From a virus, in IMG/VR virus record IMGVR_UViG_3300005337_000001, positions 1-64,000 of that record: a stretch of 64,000 nucleotides of DNA, one strand, 5' to 3'. The position numbers and the translations under genes were made by a program. The notes beneath the pieces are model-generated. The model searched no databases. It saw only the letters and a list, made by a program, of their open reading frames with translations, and had not been told where the DNA came from. This document shows positions 1 to 8,728 of this stretch, in pieces; position 1 is the stretch's first letter, and each line of letters starts with the position of its first letter.

Positions 1-523
1 TGTTCTTAGTCCAGTCGCGTTTCCGCACCTTGCTCCAAACCCCGTCGAGAATTTCCAGGAAGTCCTTGTTCAGGTATTTACTGATGAGCTCGAGGTGGGC
101 CAGGATGGCACGGCACGTGTCACCGATAGCGAGCATGTGCTGCTCTGGCGTGCCGCGGATACCCTGCTCACCCTTCAGATGGTGGTGCGCAAGCCGGCGC
201 GCGAGCGGCACGAGGTACGACCATTTTTCAGGGTCCGTGTCCGGCAGCGTGCGGCGTAGCACCCACAGATGGTCGAGCTGCCAGTTGACCTTACCGCAGT
301 AGTCGAGCATGTAGATGGCGATGTCGCCGATAGCGTCGACGACGTCATCGACAGCGGTGGTACGATCTGTGTCGTCTTGCACCAGAGCGCGACGCGTCTG
401 CCAAGCTTCCTCGAACTCGAGGAGCTCCTCGATCATACCCAAGAGCGGGTACCGCGCGTGCTGCTTGCCGAAGTTCCGCTCTGACCACTCGATTTGCTCT
501 GCTTGGATTGCAATGAGATTCAT
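1..523 (-). CDS. MazG-like NTP pyrophosphohydrolase (runs off the window edge)
   Basis: Manual translation, absent from ORF track: MNLIAIQAEQIEWSERNFG..LLGMIEELLEF..DAIGDIAIYMLD..VWSKVRKRDWTKN. EExxE and D-x-x-G-D motifs of all-alpha NTP-PPases. Confidence 0.7.
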   Translation of the reverse strand, partial: MNLIAIQAEQIEWSERNFGKQHARYPLLGMIEELLEFEEAWQTRRALVQDDTDRTTAVDDVVDAIGDIAIYMLDYCGKVNWQLDHLWVLRRTLPDTDPEKWSYLVPLARRLAHHHLKGEQGIRGTPEQHMLAIGDTCRAILAHLELISKYLNKDFLEILDGVWSKVRKRDWTKN

Positions 524-524
524 T

Positions 525-815
525 TCAGTTTGCTCCTGGTGACGGCTCCGAACCCTCTTCCGAGGGTCTTTCGCCTTCGACACATTTTTGATGAACTAGC
601 ACAAGCCCGTTGTCGGCGGGCCTTTGAATGATGTTCGCGAGCGTGAAGCCTTCAGCGCTGCGCGCATTCAGCAGCTGCTCGAGCTCGTTCGCAAAGACCT
701 TGGAGTCGTCATCGACAACAGCACTGGCCTTCCACACAATCGTGATTGGCCTCGGCCGACCAACAGCAATGCCTGATGCGTGTCTTTTATCCATGTGACC
801 TCTCATGAACGTCAT
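525..815 (-). CDS. hypothetical protein
   Basis: ORF coupled to neighbours. Confidence 0.6.
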   Translation of the reverse strand: MTFMRGHMDKRHASGIAVGRPRPITIVWKASAVVDDDSKVFANELEQLLNARSAEGFTLANIIQRPADNGLVLVHQKCVEGERPSEEGSEPSPGAN

Positions 816-1252
816 GGTTCCTCAGGATCATCTGCGGGGTCTGGAGCGCCACGAGTCAACGTGGTCTCCATGCTGTTGGCAAGTACATCCCAATACCAGC
901 GGGTGGCCAGACGTACTTGATCTGCACTGAAGCGGATGTCGTAGTGCTTGGCCTCACGCACGTCTTGCGTGTAAGGCGTCAGCTGTAGCTGCGTCTCCAT
1001 GAGCTCGCCTAGGATTTTGACGAAGCGCACGCCCTTCTGCAGCACAGTTTCGGCTTTCAGCGCACGCTGCTGCAGCTCTTGCGCACGAATTTCTAGCGCC
1101 TTGATGCTGTCTTGCAGCTCATGCTCCCTAGCTTCTTGCACGCCAGGCTTGTTGATGGCGCTGACGTAGGCGTTGAATTCGGTGTTCGCCTGGTGGTTGG
1201 AGCGCAGCAGCTGGTACAGCGTCGGGTAGTTTGTTAGTTGCGGCTTCGCCAT
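812..1252 (-). CDS. hypothetical protein (C-terminal LANSMETTL motif variant)
   Basis: ORF with ATGA-type overlap. Confidence 0.7.
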   Translation of the reverse strand: MAKPQLTNYPTLYQLLRSNHQANTEFNAYVSAINKPGVQEAREHELQDSIKALEIRAQELQQRALKAETVLQKGVRFVKILGELMETQLQLTPYTQDVREAKHYDIRFSADQVRLATRWYWDVLANSMETTLTRGAPDPADDPEEP

Positions 1253-1255
1253 GAC

Positions 1256-1408
1256 CTACGGGGTTTCGTCATCGTCTCTATTATCCCGAGGCGGCCGGTT
1301 CTTTGCTCCGATGTAGGCGGCGAAGCAGAGGATCAAGAACAGTAGGACGAGCGACGCGATGAACACCCAAATGAACACGTCCTGCAGCTTCAAAAAGAAA
1401 TCCCACAT
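1256..1408 (-). CDS. small single-pass membrane protein (50 aa)
   Basis: Manual translation MWDFFLKLQDVFIWVFIASLVLLFLILCFAAYIGAKNRPP; GGAGG RBS upstream. Confidence 0.7.
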   Translation of the reverse strand: MWDFFLKLQDVFIWVFIASLVLLFLILCFAAYIGAKNRPPRDNRDDDETP

Positions 1409-1420
1409 GAAACCTCCGAG

Positions 1421-1451
1421 GGGCTACGCAAAGCGCCCGTGTGGGCGCCCT
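1421..1451 (-). terminator. hairpin-U-tract-TAGCCC terminator-like element
   Basis: Minus strand AGGGCGCCC-ACAC-GGGCGCTTT-GCG-TAGCCC just after the stop at 1456. Confidence 0.7.
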
Positions 1452-1455
1452 GCAA

Positions 1456-2055
1456 CTACTTCATGCCCGCAGCCATGGCTTTGGCACGGACCTCCACCAA
1501 CTTGTACACGAGCGGCCAGTTGCCGACGAGCGCTACGCCAAGAGGTAGCTGCCCTTCGTTACGCCCTGTAGCCCACATCAGGGACATGCCCATCGGATGC
1601 TCGGCTTGCCACTCCTCGCAGTGGACTGGCTTGTCGTCGCACAAGAAATCGCCATCGACCGTGTGCTTCTCGCTCGTGCTCACGATCTTCGCGTCTTCGA
1701 AAAGCTTCTCGAGCCAGAGCCGCCTGTCGTAGCTCCAGGTAGGGCTCGACTTCAACGGCGACGTCAAGAAGAACACGTCGGCGATTTCCATGATCTTCGT
1801 GACGCCCTCCACCGCGCCGGGCAGTGGATTCAACATCGTGGCGAACCCGGGCATGTTGATGAGCGAGTAGACCTTGTCGTCCTCCTCGTCGGTGAGCTTG
1901 AGCGACTTCGACAAGTCCCACTCATCGAACTTGTGATTTTGTGAAAGGCCAGGGCGTACGCCAGTCGCTATCACCGCTGAGACGAAGCCCTGGACGTAGT
2001 TCGCCAGCACGTCGTCCACATCGCACAAGAACCTCGGCCTATTTCTGAAACTCAC
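1456..2055 (-). CDS. HAD-family 5'(3')-deoxyribonucleotidase
   Basis: LCDVDDVLANY (DxD motif I), FFLTSP, DFLCDDKP motifs. Confidence 0.85.
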   Translation of the reverse strand: MSFRNRPRFLCDVDDVLANYVQGFVSAVIATGVRPGLSQNHKFDEWDLSKSLKLTDEEDDKVYSLINMPGFATMLNPLPGAVEGVTKIMEIADVFFLTSPLKSSPTWSYDRRLWLEKLFEDAKIVSTSEKHTVDGDFLCDDKPVHCEEWQAEHPMGMSLMWATGRNEGQLPLGVALVGNWPLVYKLVEVRAKAMAAGMK

Positions 2056-2066
2056 CGGTCACCTCA

Positions 2067-2366
2067 TCAGAAGGGGATGTCTCCATCGTCACCTTTTCCA
2101 CCGCCTCTGTCGTTGCTCGTATCCGTGTTGTCTTCTGCCTGCTCTTCTCCCTTGAACCGAATCGGCGGGTCGTCAGGGTCCATCGGGTCGAGCACGATGT
2201 ACAGCTCATCTTTCCAGGAGAGGCTGAGGCCTGGGTTCAAGACGATCCGAATCTGGTTGAAGCTGCTGGCGAAAGCAGCGCCGGCGATGGTTCGTTGCTT
2301 GGTGTTGTCCTTGTTGACGACCTTCAGCAGATAGATCGGTCTGTTACCCTTCGGCATCTTCTTCAA
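2067..2366 (-). CDS. small beta-strand protein with SSB-like acidic C-terminal tail (DDGDIPF)
   Basis: IAGAAF..IRIVLN core resembling DUF736-like proteins; ends GDDGDIPF. Confidence 0.55.
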   Translation of the reverse strand: MKKMPKGNRPIYLLKVVNKDNTKQRTIAGAAFASSFNQIRIVLNPGLSLSWKDELYIVLDPMDPDDPPIRFKGEEQAEDNTDTSNDRGGGKGDDGDIPF

Positions 2367-4212
2367 CCTCTCCGAAGAGCTCCGGGCTCGCCTTCATGGT
2401 GTCGTAGCCTTTGATGAGCCCCAAGCCACGTAGCATGCTCAAGCCGTTGCTGAAACCACTGCTGGTCAAGGAGTAGGGATTGCCGTCACGCGAATAGGCA
2501 GCGGACCCCTCCGAGATCTCTTCCTTGGTGAGCTCCTTCGGGTACGCCCGATAGAGCGTCTCCAGCATCGCAGCTGGACATGCCGTGACTTTGCTCTTCC
2601 AGAAAGTGAGCAGCTCCTCGCCTTCCGGCAGCGGCTCCGTCGGTCCATGGTGCGCCACACCTGCCTCAGTCGCCGCAATCGTTTTGCCTTTACCTTCAGC
2701 GAACCCAGCTGTGCGGAGCGCCGACAACCCGTTGGCGAAGCCGCTGCTCTTGATCGAGTACTTCGACATGAGCGACAGGTAAGTGAGCGAGACCTTTTTC
2801 GGATACACCGAAGCCAGCACAGCAAGCTGGGCACGGGGCGTGGCCGTGAGCTTCACGTTGCCATCTGGCTGCGCATGGTTGTGCAGGGTCTCCTTGCCAC
2901 GCTTCTCGCGCGCCATCTTTTCCAAGATGTGCGTGCTTTCCTTGCGCGCACGAGCAAGTGTGGGCGGCAGCAGTGCGTCAACGCCTCTGCCCTTCGGCTT
3001 CGGTAGAACCGAGGGCCGTAGCTGCTCCACCTTGATGGAAAACGACTGCGCCGCCTTCTCGTTCGACTGAATGGCGAGGGTCAGCAGGTTCACCGTAGCC
3101 TCGACAGACTTGACCGTCTTCTGCAGCTTGCCGATAGCAGACGCTAGCGGCTTCATGCTGGGCAGCTTCACCTTCGGGATCTTCGGTAGCTTTGCCTGCA
3201 CAACCGCGGTGGGCTTGAGCGGCATCTCTTTTCCTTTCCGGTCCAGCGCCGTGGTGAGGTTGTGCACTTCGGCGTTGAGCTTGGCGATCCGCGAGCGCAG
3301 CACCGCAGGGTTCTCCTGCTGCGCCTTCTCGATGGTCTCCTGGATACGACCCTTAAGCTTGCCAACGTCGACGTCGCGCAGCGAGGCCACCGGACGCCCG
3401 CGCTTGCCCTTCGGCGTAGCGCCAGAATCGAACGTCGCGCTCAGGTTGAAGCGGAAGGTCTTGAACTCCTTGAGCAGGTGCGGCGACCAGATCCAGGCTT
3501 CGCCGTCTTCGAGCGAGCTCAGCGACTCGAGCATCGTGTCGTCAACGGCGTGGTACTTCACCCATTCGGAGATGGCCTTGATGTCCTGCGGCCCCGTCGT
3601 GCGCAGTACGAACAGATTCTCGACCTGCGTGAGCACGTCCTTGTTCACCACCGCCGAACGCTGGGTGATGATGGTCATGCCAAGACCGCGCGAGCGCCCG
3701 CGGCGCACGATGTTCTCCCAAGCTCTCTTCAGATGTAGCTCGTCTCGCATCGGCTTCTGCGGGATGTAGTCATCCGCCTCTTCGAGGAAGAGATGAAGCG
3801 GCTCAGTGTTACGCTTGAACAGGCGCATCGCGAACTTCAACAGGAAGTACTTCTTGTCCGCCTCGGTGTTGAACTCGGTCAGGTCGAGGACGCAGGCCAG
3901 GCGCTGGTCGACGATGACGTCGGCCACGAGCTCGCCGGACTCCCGGGTTAGCGGCACGTCGCCGTGCTTGCCGCCGAAGATGAATACGTCGAGGCCGCCG
4001 CGCTTGGAGCCGTCACGGCCGGCGCGCAGCCCGTACCACGAACCGACCGGATCGACGGCCACGAACGGATAGCCAGCGTGGAACATCTGCTCGGCCATGA
4101 GCCGCGAAGCGTTGGTCTTGCCGGCGCCGCGCACGGCTAGAACGCCACCGGTGCTGGTGACGTAGTCCGTCGGCAGCGACAGCGAGCGTGAGAGGTGTAG
4201 TTTGTTAGCCAT
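2344..4212 (-). CDS. HerA/DUF87-family P-loop ATPase with tandem C-terminal winged-helix repeats
   Basis: Walker A AVRGAGKT, Walker B LFLEEAD, RRGRSRG arginine finger, ITQR motif; start re-picked at MANKLHL. Confidence 0.85.
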   Translation of the reverse strand: MANKLHLSRSLSLPTDYVTSTGGVLAVRGAGKTNASRLMAEQMFHAGYPFVAVDPVGSWYGLRAGRDGSKRGGLDVFIFGGKHGDVPLTRESGELVADVIVDQRLACVLDLTEFNTEADKKYFLLKFAMRLFKRNTEPLHLFLEEADDYIPQKPMRDELHLKRAWENIVRRGRSRGLGMTIITQRSAVVNKDVLTQVENLFVLRTTGPQDIKAISEWVKYHAVDDTMLESLSSLEDGEAWIWSPHLLKEFKTFRFNLSATFDSGATPKGKRGRPVASLRDVDVGKLKGRIQETIEKAQQENPAVLRSRIAKLNAEVHNLTTALDRKGKEMPLKPTAVVQAKLPKIPKVKLPSMKPLASAIGKLQKTVKSVEATVNLLTLAIQSNEKAAQSFSIKVEQLRPSVLPKPKGRGVDALLPPTLARARKESTHILEKMAREKRGKETLHNHAQPDGNVKLTATPRAQLAVLASVYPKKVSLTYLSLMSKYSIKSSGFANGLSALRTAGFAEGKGKTIAATEAGVAHHGPTEPLPEGEELLTFWKSKVTACPAAMLETLYRAYPKELTKEEISEGSAAYSRDGNPYSLTSSGFSNGLSMLRGLGLIKGYDTMKASPELFGEVEEDAEG

Positions 4213-4594
4213 CTCGTTTCCATTCTGTGGGCGGGTAGCCACCCATCTTGAGCCAGCCGTCGAGGGTGTCGAACACGTTACAGACGAGCTCGGCGTTCTC
4301 TTCGTTTGGCTCCATCTCGAGCACAGCAAGCGCGACCCGCAGCTGCTTCAAAGTCTCATTAGGATCCATGAGCTCGCCATCTTCCGCTTGTAGTAGGCAA
4401 CCGCCAACTTGAATGTGGTGTTTGTGGTTGAGTACGACCTCGCCCTCTTCGGTATGAAGGAACGGAACCACACAAGCTGCATGAAGCCCAGCGTCCCACT
4501 CTTCACAGAAGTGATCGCACTTCGGCTTACGACAGTGGAAACACAACCACTTTGGGTCAGCGTCACGTAACGGGTAGATGCCACCGCAGGGCAC
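4205..4594 (-). CDS. hypothetical protein (Cys-rich N-terminus)
   Basis: ORF coupled to the HerA start. Confidence 0.55.
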   Translation of the reverse strand: MPCGGIYPLRDADPKWLCFHCRKPKCDHFCEEWDAGLHAACVVPFLHTEEGEVVLNHKHHIQVGGCLLQAEDGELMDPNETLKQLRVALAVLEMEPNEENAELVCNVFDTLDGWLKMGGYPPTEWKRDG

Positions 4595-5016
4595 TAGGCC
4601 TCGACCTGAGCGAAAGCCGGCGGCGCGAGCGGCAGGACACGCTTGAAGCCCTTCCGAGTCTTGCCGTTGAAGCGCTTGATGTCGATGGTGGTGCGCTTGC
4701 CGTTGAGCAGGTTCTCAACCAGCACCTTGTCGGCGCCCAGGGCCAGAACGCGCACCTGGCGGGTGCGGCCTTCAACGGTGTCACGCGGGTCCAAGGATTC
4801 CCAGACCTGATCGCGCTCGACGCCGTACTCGTTCGTCGTCGTCGTCTCGTTCGCAGGGCGGAAGCCCCGCGGTAGCGGCCTAGCCCTTTGCCTTGGCAAT
4901 GGGTCTTGCTTGAACCAGCCGGAGCCTACGAGACTTTGCAAGAGCGGCGGGGCGTTCTTCGACAGCTTTACCGAGCCGTCTCCCAGCCACCGCATGCTGA
5001 ATATTCGTCTTCCCAT
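4594..5016 (-). CDS. hypothetical protein
   Basis: ORF; DQVWESLDPR..VRVL suggests a small SH3-like beta fold. Confidence 0.6.
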   Translation of the reverse strand: MGRRIFSMRWLGDGSVKLSKNAPPLLQSLVGSGWFKQDPLPRQRARPLPRGFRPANETTTTNEYGVERDQVWESLDPRDTVEGRTRQVRVLALGADKVLVENLLNGKRTTIDIKRFNGKTRKGFKRVLPLAPPAFAQVEA

Positions 5017-5173
5017 TTGAGTCCTCTATGTAGTCGCGAGCCAAGAGAGTTTCGGCGCTCAGCTCACTTGCGGTAACGATTCGAATTTTTGGCATTTGGT
5101 ACCTACGTCTTTCTTGCCGGCTGATGCTGCCGGAGTCAAGAGCGTGGACTTCACTTTGTGACTTGTACCTGGC

Positions 5174-5467
5174 CTACGTTGCCGTTTGCTCTCGGTACTT
5201 GGACACGCAACGCTTGCACGCATGGCCGAGGTGGTGCTCGGTGATCGACGCCTTCACGTCCCAGCCTTTGGTGACCAAGGTGCAGAGGCTTTCGGTGGTG
5301 ATGCCACCGGTGTACTTCGGACCGCTGCTGTCCAACTGACGGATGTGCCAGGGGCTTGAGCCTGTCGCGTGCACTGACTCGCAGAACGAGTAGCGCACCG
5401 GCTGTCTTGTTTGGGGCGAGGAGCTGGATAGGTACTTCGCTCTCTCGTCTGAATTGGGTTCGCTCAT
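5174..5467 (-). CDS. hypothetical protein
   Basis: ORF track. Confidence 0.5.
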   Translation of the reverse strand: MSEPNSDERAKYLSSSSPQTRQPVRYSFCESVHATGSSPWHIRQLDSSGPKYTGGITTESLCTLVTKGWDVKASITEHHLGHACKRCVSKYREQTAT

Positions 5468-5627
5468 TTTTGTTTGTCGGGGGCCACCCCTTGCGCGTGC
5501 GCGCGTAGGGAGGAAGGGAGAGTAAAATAAATAGAGGAGAGAGACGATCGAGAGAAAGAGAAAGCTTTCAGCCTCAAACGCCTCTCAACCCCATACTGAA
5601 CATCCGCCTTGCAGTCGATTTTGAACC

Positions 5628-6383
5628 CTACCCGCGACCTAGTGCTGCCCAGTTGTACCCGCCATGGCCTGCGTCTGGATCATCGGCATGGCCGTCGTAG
5701 ATCTGCGGCGTCAACGCCTGCTCCATCTTGGCCGCTACATCGTCAGACCGCCTGGCTGCCTTGCTGGTCCACTCGCCCCAGGGCGTGTACGTGTTCGTCT
5801 CGGGGTCGTAGAAGTCCCAATCGGTACCGTCGGACTTCTGGACCCGTTCGCCGGCGAAGAAGAGCGTCCAGCAGTTCTTGGTCGGTAGGAGCTCGACCTT
5901 GTGGTAGTCGCCGCGCCTGATGACGTTGAACTGCCCTGGCCCCACAAACCTGGTGTTCACCTGCCGACGGGTAAAGTCCCAGCGGTGGTCGAAGTAGCCC
6001 CCGGCCAGGATGGCGCTGTAGGACTTCGTGAACGGGTGGTTGTGAAAGGCGCGGTCGTCGTCACCGCGGAAGAAGTAGTGCAGGAACGGCCGGTGCACCT
6101 TGAGCGCCAGCTTGGCCATCCAGGACGGTAGGCCCCACTTGAACGCGGTGGCCGCCACGGCAGCCCGGTCTGGTCCCAAGTACACGCGCAGCAGGTAGGG
6201 GTCTGCCAGCCCGCTCGGGTTGGTCGGAATGACCTTGGCGCCGAATGGCGCAGCCTCAGCCAGGTTCCACAGCTTCTCCTCGACAAGTCCGAACGTGCGC
6301 TGCATACGTTCTTGCGAGCGGCTGCCGACAACAAACTTGCGAATCTCTTCCGGGCTGAGCTCTAGCTCTGAATCAGGATCCAT
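5628..6383 (-). CDS. cupin-fold protein (C-terminal VAAKMEQAL motif)
   Basis: LHYFFRGDDDRAFHNHPF..YHKVEL..WTLFF, typical of phage cupin-like proteins. Confidence 0.7.
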   Translation of the reverse strand: MDPDSELELSPEEIRKFVVGSRSQERMQRTFGLVEEKLWNLAEAAPFGAKVIPTNPSGLADPYLLRVYLGPDRAAVAATAFKWGLPSWMAKLALKVHRPFLHYFFRGDDDRAFHNHPFTKSYSAILAGGYFDHRWDFTRRQVNTRFVGPGQFNVIRRGDYHKVELLPTKNCWTLFFAGERVQKSDGTDWDFYDPETNTYTPWGEWTSKAARRSDDVAAKMEQALTPQIYDGHADDPDAGHGGYNWAALGRG

Positions 6384-6651
6384 CTGACAACTCCTCTTTC
6401 AATCGTTCTATCGTGCCCACGACCGTGCCGAGTTGGTCGGCGACATACTTGCCCTTCTTCATCAGCTCACTGGCGGCGCCAGCCTTGATGTCGTTGCTCC
6501 ACGCGGTGAGCGCTTTCTTCACCACCAGGTGTTTCGTCGACTCTTCGTCAGCTGTCTGGCGGAGGTACTCGAGCAGCAAGGTCGTCATGTCGTAGACGTC
6601 CGTGTGCTTGTTGGCCAACTCCTCCAGCCGCTTCTTGGATTCTTGGCTCAT
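6373..6651 (-). CDS. hypothetical helical protein
   Basis: Coupled ORF. Confidence 0.65.
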   Translation of the reverse strand: MSQESKKRLEELANKHTDVYDMTTLLLEYLRQTADEESTKHLVVKKALTAWSNDIKAGAASELMKKGKYVADQLGTVVGTIERLKEELSDGS

Positions 6652-6848
6652 GTGGCTCTCCTCGCTTTGTAGGCCGCCGCCTTCTCCAGGTTCTCCTCCA
6701 ACACTGCACCGAGCTCTGACGCTACTTTCTGTACAGCAGCGTCTTTGTGCTTCAAACTGTTGGCCATGTCGTTGAGCGCGGCCGCTTCATCAAGCGACAG
6801 CGTCAACGACACGAACACTTCGGAGTAAGGGATGATGCGTCCGATCAT
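6648..6848 (-). CDS. hypothetical protein
   Basis: Coupled ORF. Confidence 0.6.
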   Translation of the reverse strand: MIGRIIPYSEVFVSLTLSLDEAAALNDMANSLKHKDAAVQKVASELGAVLEENLEKAAAYKARRAT

Positions 6849-6877
6849 GGGTCACACAAGATGTACCAGTTCTTCAT
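6845..6877 (-). CDS. 10-aa leader micro-ORF MKNWYILCDP
   Basis: AGAGGA RBS; ATGA overlap with next gene; first ORF after the promoter motif. Confidence 0.45.
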   Translation of the reverse strand: MKNWYILCDP

Positions 6878-6897
6878 GGGGAAGTCCTCTGCGTTGC

Positions 6898-6910
6898 TCT
6901 TATGCCCGAT
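6898..6910 (-). promoter_or_regulatory. phage promoter-like motif ATCGGGCATAAGA
   Basis: Recurrent motif at unit starts; divergent partner at 6944. Confidence 0.7.
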
Positions 6911-6943
6911 GAAGTTCCCTGATTACGGCAAGTTCATCTGAGA

Positions 6944-6956
6944 TTCGGGAATAAGA
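6944..6956 (+). promoter_or_regulatory. phage promoter-like motif TTCGGGAATAAGA
   Basis: Recurrent motif at the start of a plus-strand island. Confidence 0.75.
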
Positions 6957-7001
6957 AAGGTGAAGGAACAACGGGCACTGTCGCCCGAGGAGAGAAAACA
7001 C

Positions 7002-7265
7002 ATGTCAACCAACGTAGATACCGACGCCGTGAAGCAAGAACGCGAACGCCTGATGAACGAGACGAAGGCCAACCTCGTCGAGATGCGGGGCTCGCTGGCA
7101 CGCAGCATGGACATGCTGGCCGAATACCCCAACAAGATCGACGACGACGCGCTCAGCGAGCTGCACATGGCGGCCGACCTGATACTTGCCGCTATCAAGC
7201 AAATCGAAAACGGCATGGTGGAAGCGCGCAAGCGTGGCACCAAAGAGGATGAGAAAGTCGCGTGA
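7002..7265 (+). CDS. hypothetical coiled-coil protein
   Basis: GAGGAG RBS before MSTNVD. Confidence 0.7.
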   Translation: MSTNVDTDAVKQERERLMNETKANLVEMRGSLARSMDMLAEYPNKIDDDALSELHMAADLILAAIKQIENGMVEARKRGTKEDEKVA

Positions 7266-7426
7266 GCCTACTGTCGGCAATGCCGCCGACACAAATGACG
7301 GACAGAGAGCTCGCCCGTGAGGCTGCAAAGCTTCGCGGGCGACGCTTCCTCACACCTGCAGAAGATCTAAGATTAGCCGACCTGTCGCAGGAGATGAACC
7401 GTCGAGGTTTGGGAGCAAGTACATGA
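7262..7426 (+). CDS. small hypothetical protein (54 aa)
   Basis: Manual: GTG start overlapping the upstream TGA; stop overlaps the next ATG. Confidence 0.6.
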   Translation: MSLLSAMPPTQMTDRELAREAAKLRGRRFLTPAEDLRLADLSQEMNRRGLGAST

Positions 7427-7896
7427 GCATTCGAATTTCAGCACAGCACGGTGTGAACCCATCCGTGGGACTCTGCTTCTTTTGCCAAGAGGCCAAGGAG
7501 GTCGTGCTGCTGGGAGCTATGAGCCCAGCGCGCCGCGACGCACTCTTTGGCCCAGGGCACAGCAGTCCCAACGATACTCAGTACAGCGCTGAGGCGCCTC
7601 ACGAAGCTATCTACAACATGGAGCCGTGCGCTACGTGCGATAGTTTCATGAGGCAGGGGATCATCTTGATCAGCGTCGACCCAGACCAGTCTGGTGAAGA
7701 TCACCTGAACCCCTGGCGCACCGGCGGCTGGTGCGTCGTCACCGAAGACGCCGTGAAGCGCTGGTTCACCGGCACCATGCTCAACAGCGTGATGCATAGA
7801 CGTTTCGCTTTTGTCGAAGACAAAGTATGGGATCACCTTGGCCTGCCCAGAGGGCCGGCAAGCAGTCCCGACAACCCAGAAGGAAAGAAGGAATAG
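7423..7896 (+). CDS. hypothetical phage protein with CxxC pairs
   Basis: HGVNPSVGLCFFC..EPCATC. Confidence 0.7.
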   Translation: MSIRISAQHGVNPSVGLCFFCQEAKEVVLLGAMSPARRDALFGPGHSSPNDTQYSAEAPHEAIYNMEPCATCDSFMRQGIILISVDPDQSGEDHLNPWRTGGWCVVTEDAVKRWFTGTMLNSVMHRRFAFVEDKVWDHLGLPRGPASSPDNPEGKKE

Positions 7897-8367
7897 ATGG
7901 AAGAGAAGAAAAAGAAGGTCTCCGGTCTTGCAAAACTGGTCGGAGAAGAGAACGCAGCGGTGCTGTTCAAGCAGATCGATGACAGCAGCGAAGAGCTCTA
8001 CACGAGCATCATCGACCTGACGCGAACCTTCAGCGGGACAGTGCGCGCCAAGATGATCGAGATGGTCGACGGCATCGAGGGTCTGTCGAAAGAACAGCAC
8101 GACAATGCCTTGGACATCCTGCGTACTGAAGTTCTTAAGAAGTTGGTGTGTGGCCAGCTGCACTTTGCGGGCACACTGCAGTCCGAAATTCCAACGGCCA
8201 TGTCTGACTACGCTGCGCACGCTCTGATGCACTACGAAGAGGGCATCCAGGACAACGTTCGGCACAGCGCTGCGCATACGCTTCAAGATCTGCTGTCGTC
8301 GCTCCGCGGACATTCGCCGGATACGGCGCAAGCAGCACCTGCTGCAGAAAACAGCCCAGCAAGCTGA
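7897..8367 (+). CDS. hypothetical helical protein
   Basis: Coupled ORF. Confidence 0.7.
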   Translation: MEEKKKKVSGLAKLVGEENAAVLFKQIDDSSEELYTSIIDLTRTFSGTVRAKMIEMVDGIEGLSKEQHDNALDILRTEVLKKLVCGQLHFAGTLQSEIPTAMSDYAAHALMHYEEGIQDNVRHSAAHTLQDLLSSLRGHSPDTAQAAPAAENSPAS

Positions 8368-8386
8368 GCTACCACAGCGAGCTGAA

Positions 8387-8728
8387 CTACTTTGGAGGGC
8401 TGCCCTCGGGCCCTTTTTTTAGCCCCAAATCACTAAGGTCCCCGAGCTCTACGTAGCGCGTCGACTCACGCCGCTCGGGAGACGGCTGCGGAGGTGGAGG
8501 CACGCTCGACTGCTTCAGCACCTCAAGCCGCACACGGTGCATCCGAAAGTCCTGCGCGCTCGAACGCATGCTCTCGCAAAGGTCCTCGGCCTTCTGCAGC
8601 GCGTCGATGAGCTCATTCAAGTCTCGACGCGAGATGTGCAGCGCGAGGATCTCTCTGTCGTTGGGAGGTGGGCTCACGTCCACATGATAGCCTTGTAGGC
8701 ATGAAAAAACCGAGCTGGTTCCAACCAC
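8387..8728 (-). CDS. hypothetical protein (start uncertain)
   Basis: ORF track. Confidence 0.5.
   Translation of the reverse strand: MVGTSSVFSCLQGYHVDVSPPPNDREILALHISRRDLNELIDALQKAEDLCESMRSSAQDFRMHRVRLEVLKQSSVPPPPQPSPERRESTRYVELGDLSDLGLKKGPEGSPPK
8396..8425 (+). terminator. hairpin-U-tract-TAGCCC terminator-like element
   Basis: AGGGC..GCCCT, then T run, then TAGCCC. Confidence 0.7.

Noticed and set aside
7438-8331. 297-aa minus-strand ORF
   Set aside because: Shadow of the coupled plus-strand genes 7423-7896 and 7897-8367, which sit inside a promoter/terminator bracket.
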